Below, in pieces: positions 38,785 to 40,002 of a stretch of 40,002 nucleotides of DNA. The position numbers and the translations under genes are program-made. This stretch comes from Elusimicrobiota bacterium (GTDB lineage: Bacteria; Elusimicrobiota; Elusimicrobia; Elusimicrobiales; UBA9959). The stretch spans positions 1-40,002 of the forward strand of contig JBAXKK010000014.1 of NCBI GenBank assembly GCA_037137395.1, read 5' to 3'. The notes beneath the pieces are model-generated. The model was not told the DNA's origin. It was given only the letters and a program-made list of their open reading frames with translations, and searched no databases. Position 1 is the stretch's first letter. Each line of letters starts with the position of its first letter.

Positions 38785-39504
38785 ATGTGGAAAAAAAGAT
38801 ATCTCCTTGCATTGGCATTGGCCGGGACCTTATGCGTTCAGACCTCGTACTCCGCTGAAAAATGGGAAATAAAGCGCTCAAATTATTATCTCACCGGCCA
38901 ACAGCAGCAATTACTTGAACTCACCCCGCCCCCGGTCGCCGGTTCCGCTGAGGATATGGCGGATCTGGCGACGCTGCGCGAATGGCAGGAAAAGAGAACT
39001 GACGCGCAATGCGCCAGAGCGAACGCCGAAGCTCACGCCGATTATTCCATATTATTCGATAACATAAGCCCTTTTCCCGAGCCGTTGCCGGCCGCGGCCG
39101 CCGCGGCGCTCAAACGCGTAAAAGCTGAAACCGACAGCATAGCATGGATCGTCAAAGACAGATTCAAGCGGCCGCGCCCGTTTAATCGCGACAGCAGCCT
39201 GGAACCCTGCCTGGGCAGAATAGGCGGCCTGGCCTATCCAAGCGGACACGCCACTATTTCCAGAATATACGCGTTGATCCTCTCCGACCTGGTTCCGGAA
39301 CACCGGTCGGAATTCATGACACGCGCCGACGAAGTGGCATTATACCGCGTCATCGGCGGCGTGCACCACCCCACGGATATAGAGGCCGGTAAAAAGCTGG
39401 CTGATACCATTTATCCCCTGTACCTGAAAAGCGTGGCGTTCCGGGCCGACATGAACACTCTGCGCGGTTATCTTATCCGTACTCTGGTCGCCGCCACGAA
39501 GTAA
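38785..39504 (+). CDS. Class A non-specific acid phosphatase (PAP2 family), exported
   Basis: Signal peptide MWKKRYLLALALAG; KxxxxRPRP, YPSGH, RVIGGVHHPTD; start moved from 38719 because that start overlaps the tRNA. Confidence 0.9.
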   Translation: MWKKRYLLALALAGTLCVQTSYSAEKWEIKRSNYYLTGQQQQLLELTPPPVAGSAEDMADLATLREWQEKRTDAQCARANAEAHADYSILFDNISPFPEPLPAAAAAALKRVKAETDSIAWIVKDRFKRPRPFNRDSSLEPCLGRIGGLAYPSGHATISRIYALILSDLVPEHRSEFMTRADEVALYRVIGGVHHPTDIEAGKKLADTIYPLYLKSVAFRADMNTLRGYLIRTLVAATK

Positions 39505-39564
39505 ACAAACGGCCATATCCAAAGGCCGCTGCGCCACGTATGACCGCTTCTTTATCCCTTTCCT

Positions 39565-39594
39565 TTGTCAAAACGCCGCTTTAAAATATATAAT
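39565..39594 (+). promoter_or_regulatory. Sigma70 promoter for tRNA-Gln
   Basis: TTGTCA-18 bp-TATAAT. Confidence 0.6.
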
Positions 39595-39635
39595 AGTGGA
39601 ACATTCCGCAAAAGCAGTCGGCAGAAAATATTTAT

Positions 39636-39706
39636 TCCGGGATAGTGTAACGGTAGCACGAGAGACTCTGAATCTCTTTGTCTAGGTTCGAATCCTAGTC
39701 CCGGAG
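39636..39706 (+). tRNA. tRNA-Gln (anticodon CUG), CCA not encoded
   Basis: Acceptor TCCGGGA/TCCCGGA; anticodon arm AGAGA-CTCTGAA-TCTCT; T-arm CTAGG-TTCGAAT-CCTAG. Confidence 0.96.
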
Positions 39707-39718
39707 TTTGCTAATTTT

Positions 39719-39742
39719 AAAACCCCCACCAGGGGGTTTTTT
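39719..39742 (+). terminator. Intrinsic terminator after tRNA-Gln
   Basis: AAAACCCCC-ACCA-GGGGGTTTTTT. Confidence 0.75.
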
Positions 39743-40002
39743 ATTGGCAAACTCCGGGACTCCACAGTCGGACCTTGCGAAACCCGAAGGGTTTTGCAAG
39801 GTTCGGGAGCGACTTTACATCTCGCGTTGCAGGGACGAAGCTGCGCGTAGCGCACATCCTAGTCCAGGCCCGCAAGGGCCTCTTTCAGAAGTTCATTTGC
39901 TGACTGTAAAACAAGTTGTTAGTAAATAGTCATTTAGTCATCAGCGTCGGGCTTGTCCCAGATTTAGTTGAAAGGTCTATTGAGGCGGGACAATTCATTA
40001 TA

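Noticed and set aside
39708..39929. 73-aa ORF after tRNA-Gln
   Set aside because: TTG start with no RBS, running through a terminator and hairpins; better explained as structured non-coding DNA.

Overview
Bacterial chromosomal window. The gene content and protein style (e.g. the 'TLTMTTYYPAPYG' family) are compatible with Elusimicrobiota, but this is inferred and not verified. Most of it is housekeeping or accessory: 5'-truncated rpoD, rplU-rpmA-obgE, cysE-cysK-anmK, argF, typA, an ABC-F ATPase, an rlmI-like methyltransferase, adenosine deaminase, signalling proteins, tRNA-Pro(UGG) and tRNA-Gln(CUG). The main discovery is at 28968-38430 (minus strand): ECF sigma factor, zinc-finger anti-sigma with a Cys/Met-rich tail, a TolC/CusB/CusA heavy-metal efflux system and a YHS/metal-binding protein. 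These are followed by an unannotated 31-aa peptide gene with a strong RBS (MLFEEHNEVAVAVVSVQHCIGDGGDCSHQPD), a stem-loop, and an RRE-like radical SAM/SPASM maturase. This is a candidate metal-responsive RiPP system. Also notable: three palindromic arrays built of strict 8-bp modules around a 4-bp centre, each overlapping a stop codon; two 7-bp-period inverted arrays; a rod-shaped candidate ncRNA upstream of an atypical tRNA-Pro; and a structured element complementary to the tRNA-Gln 3' end.
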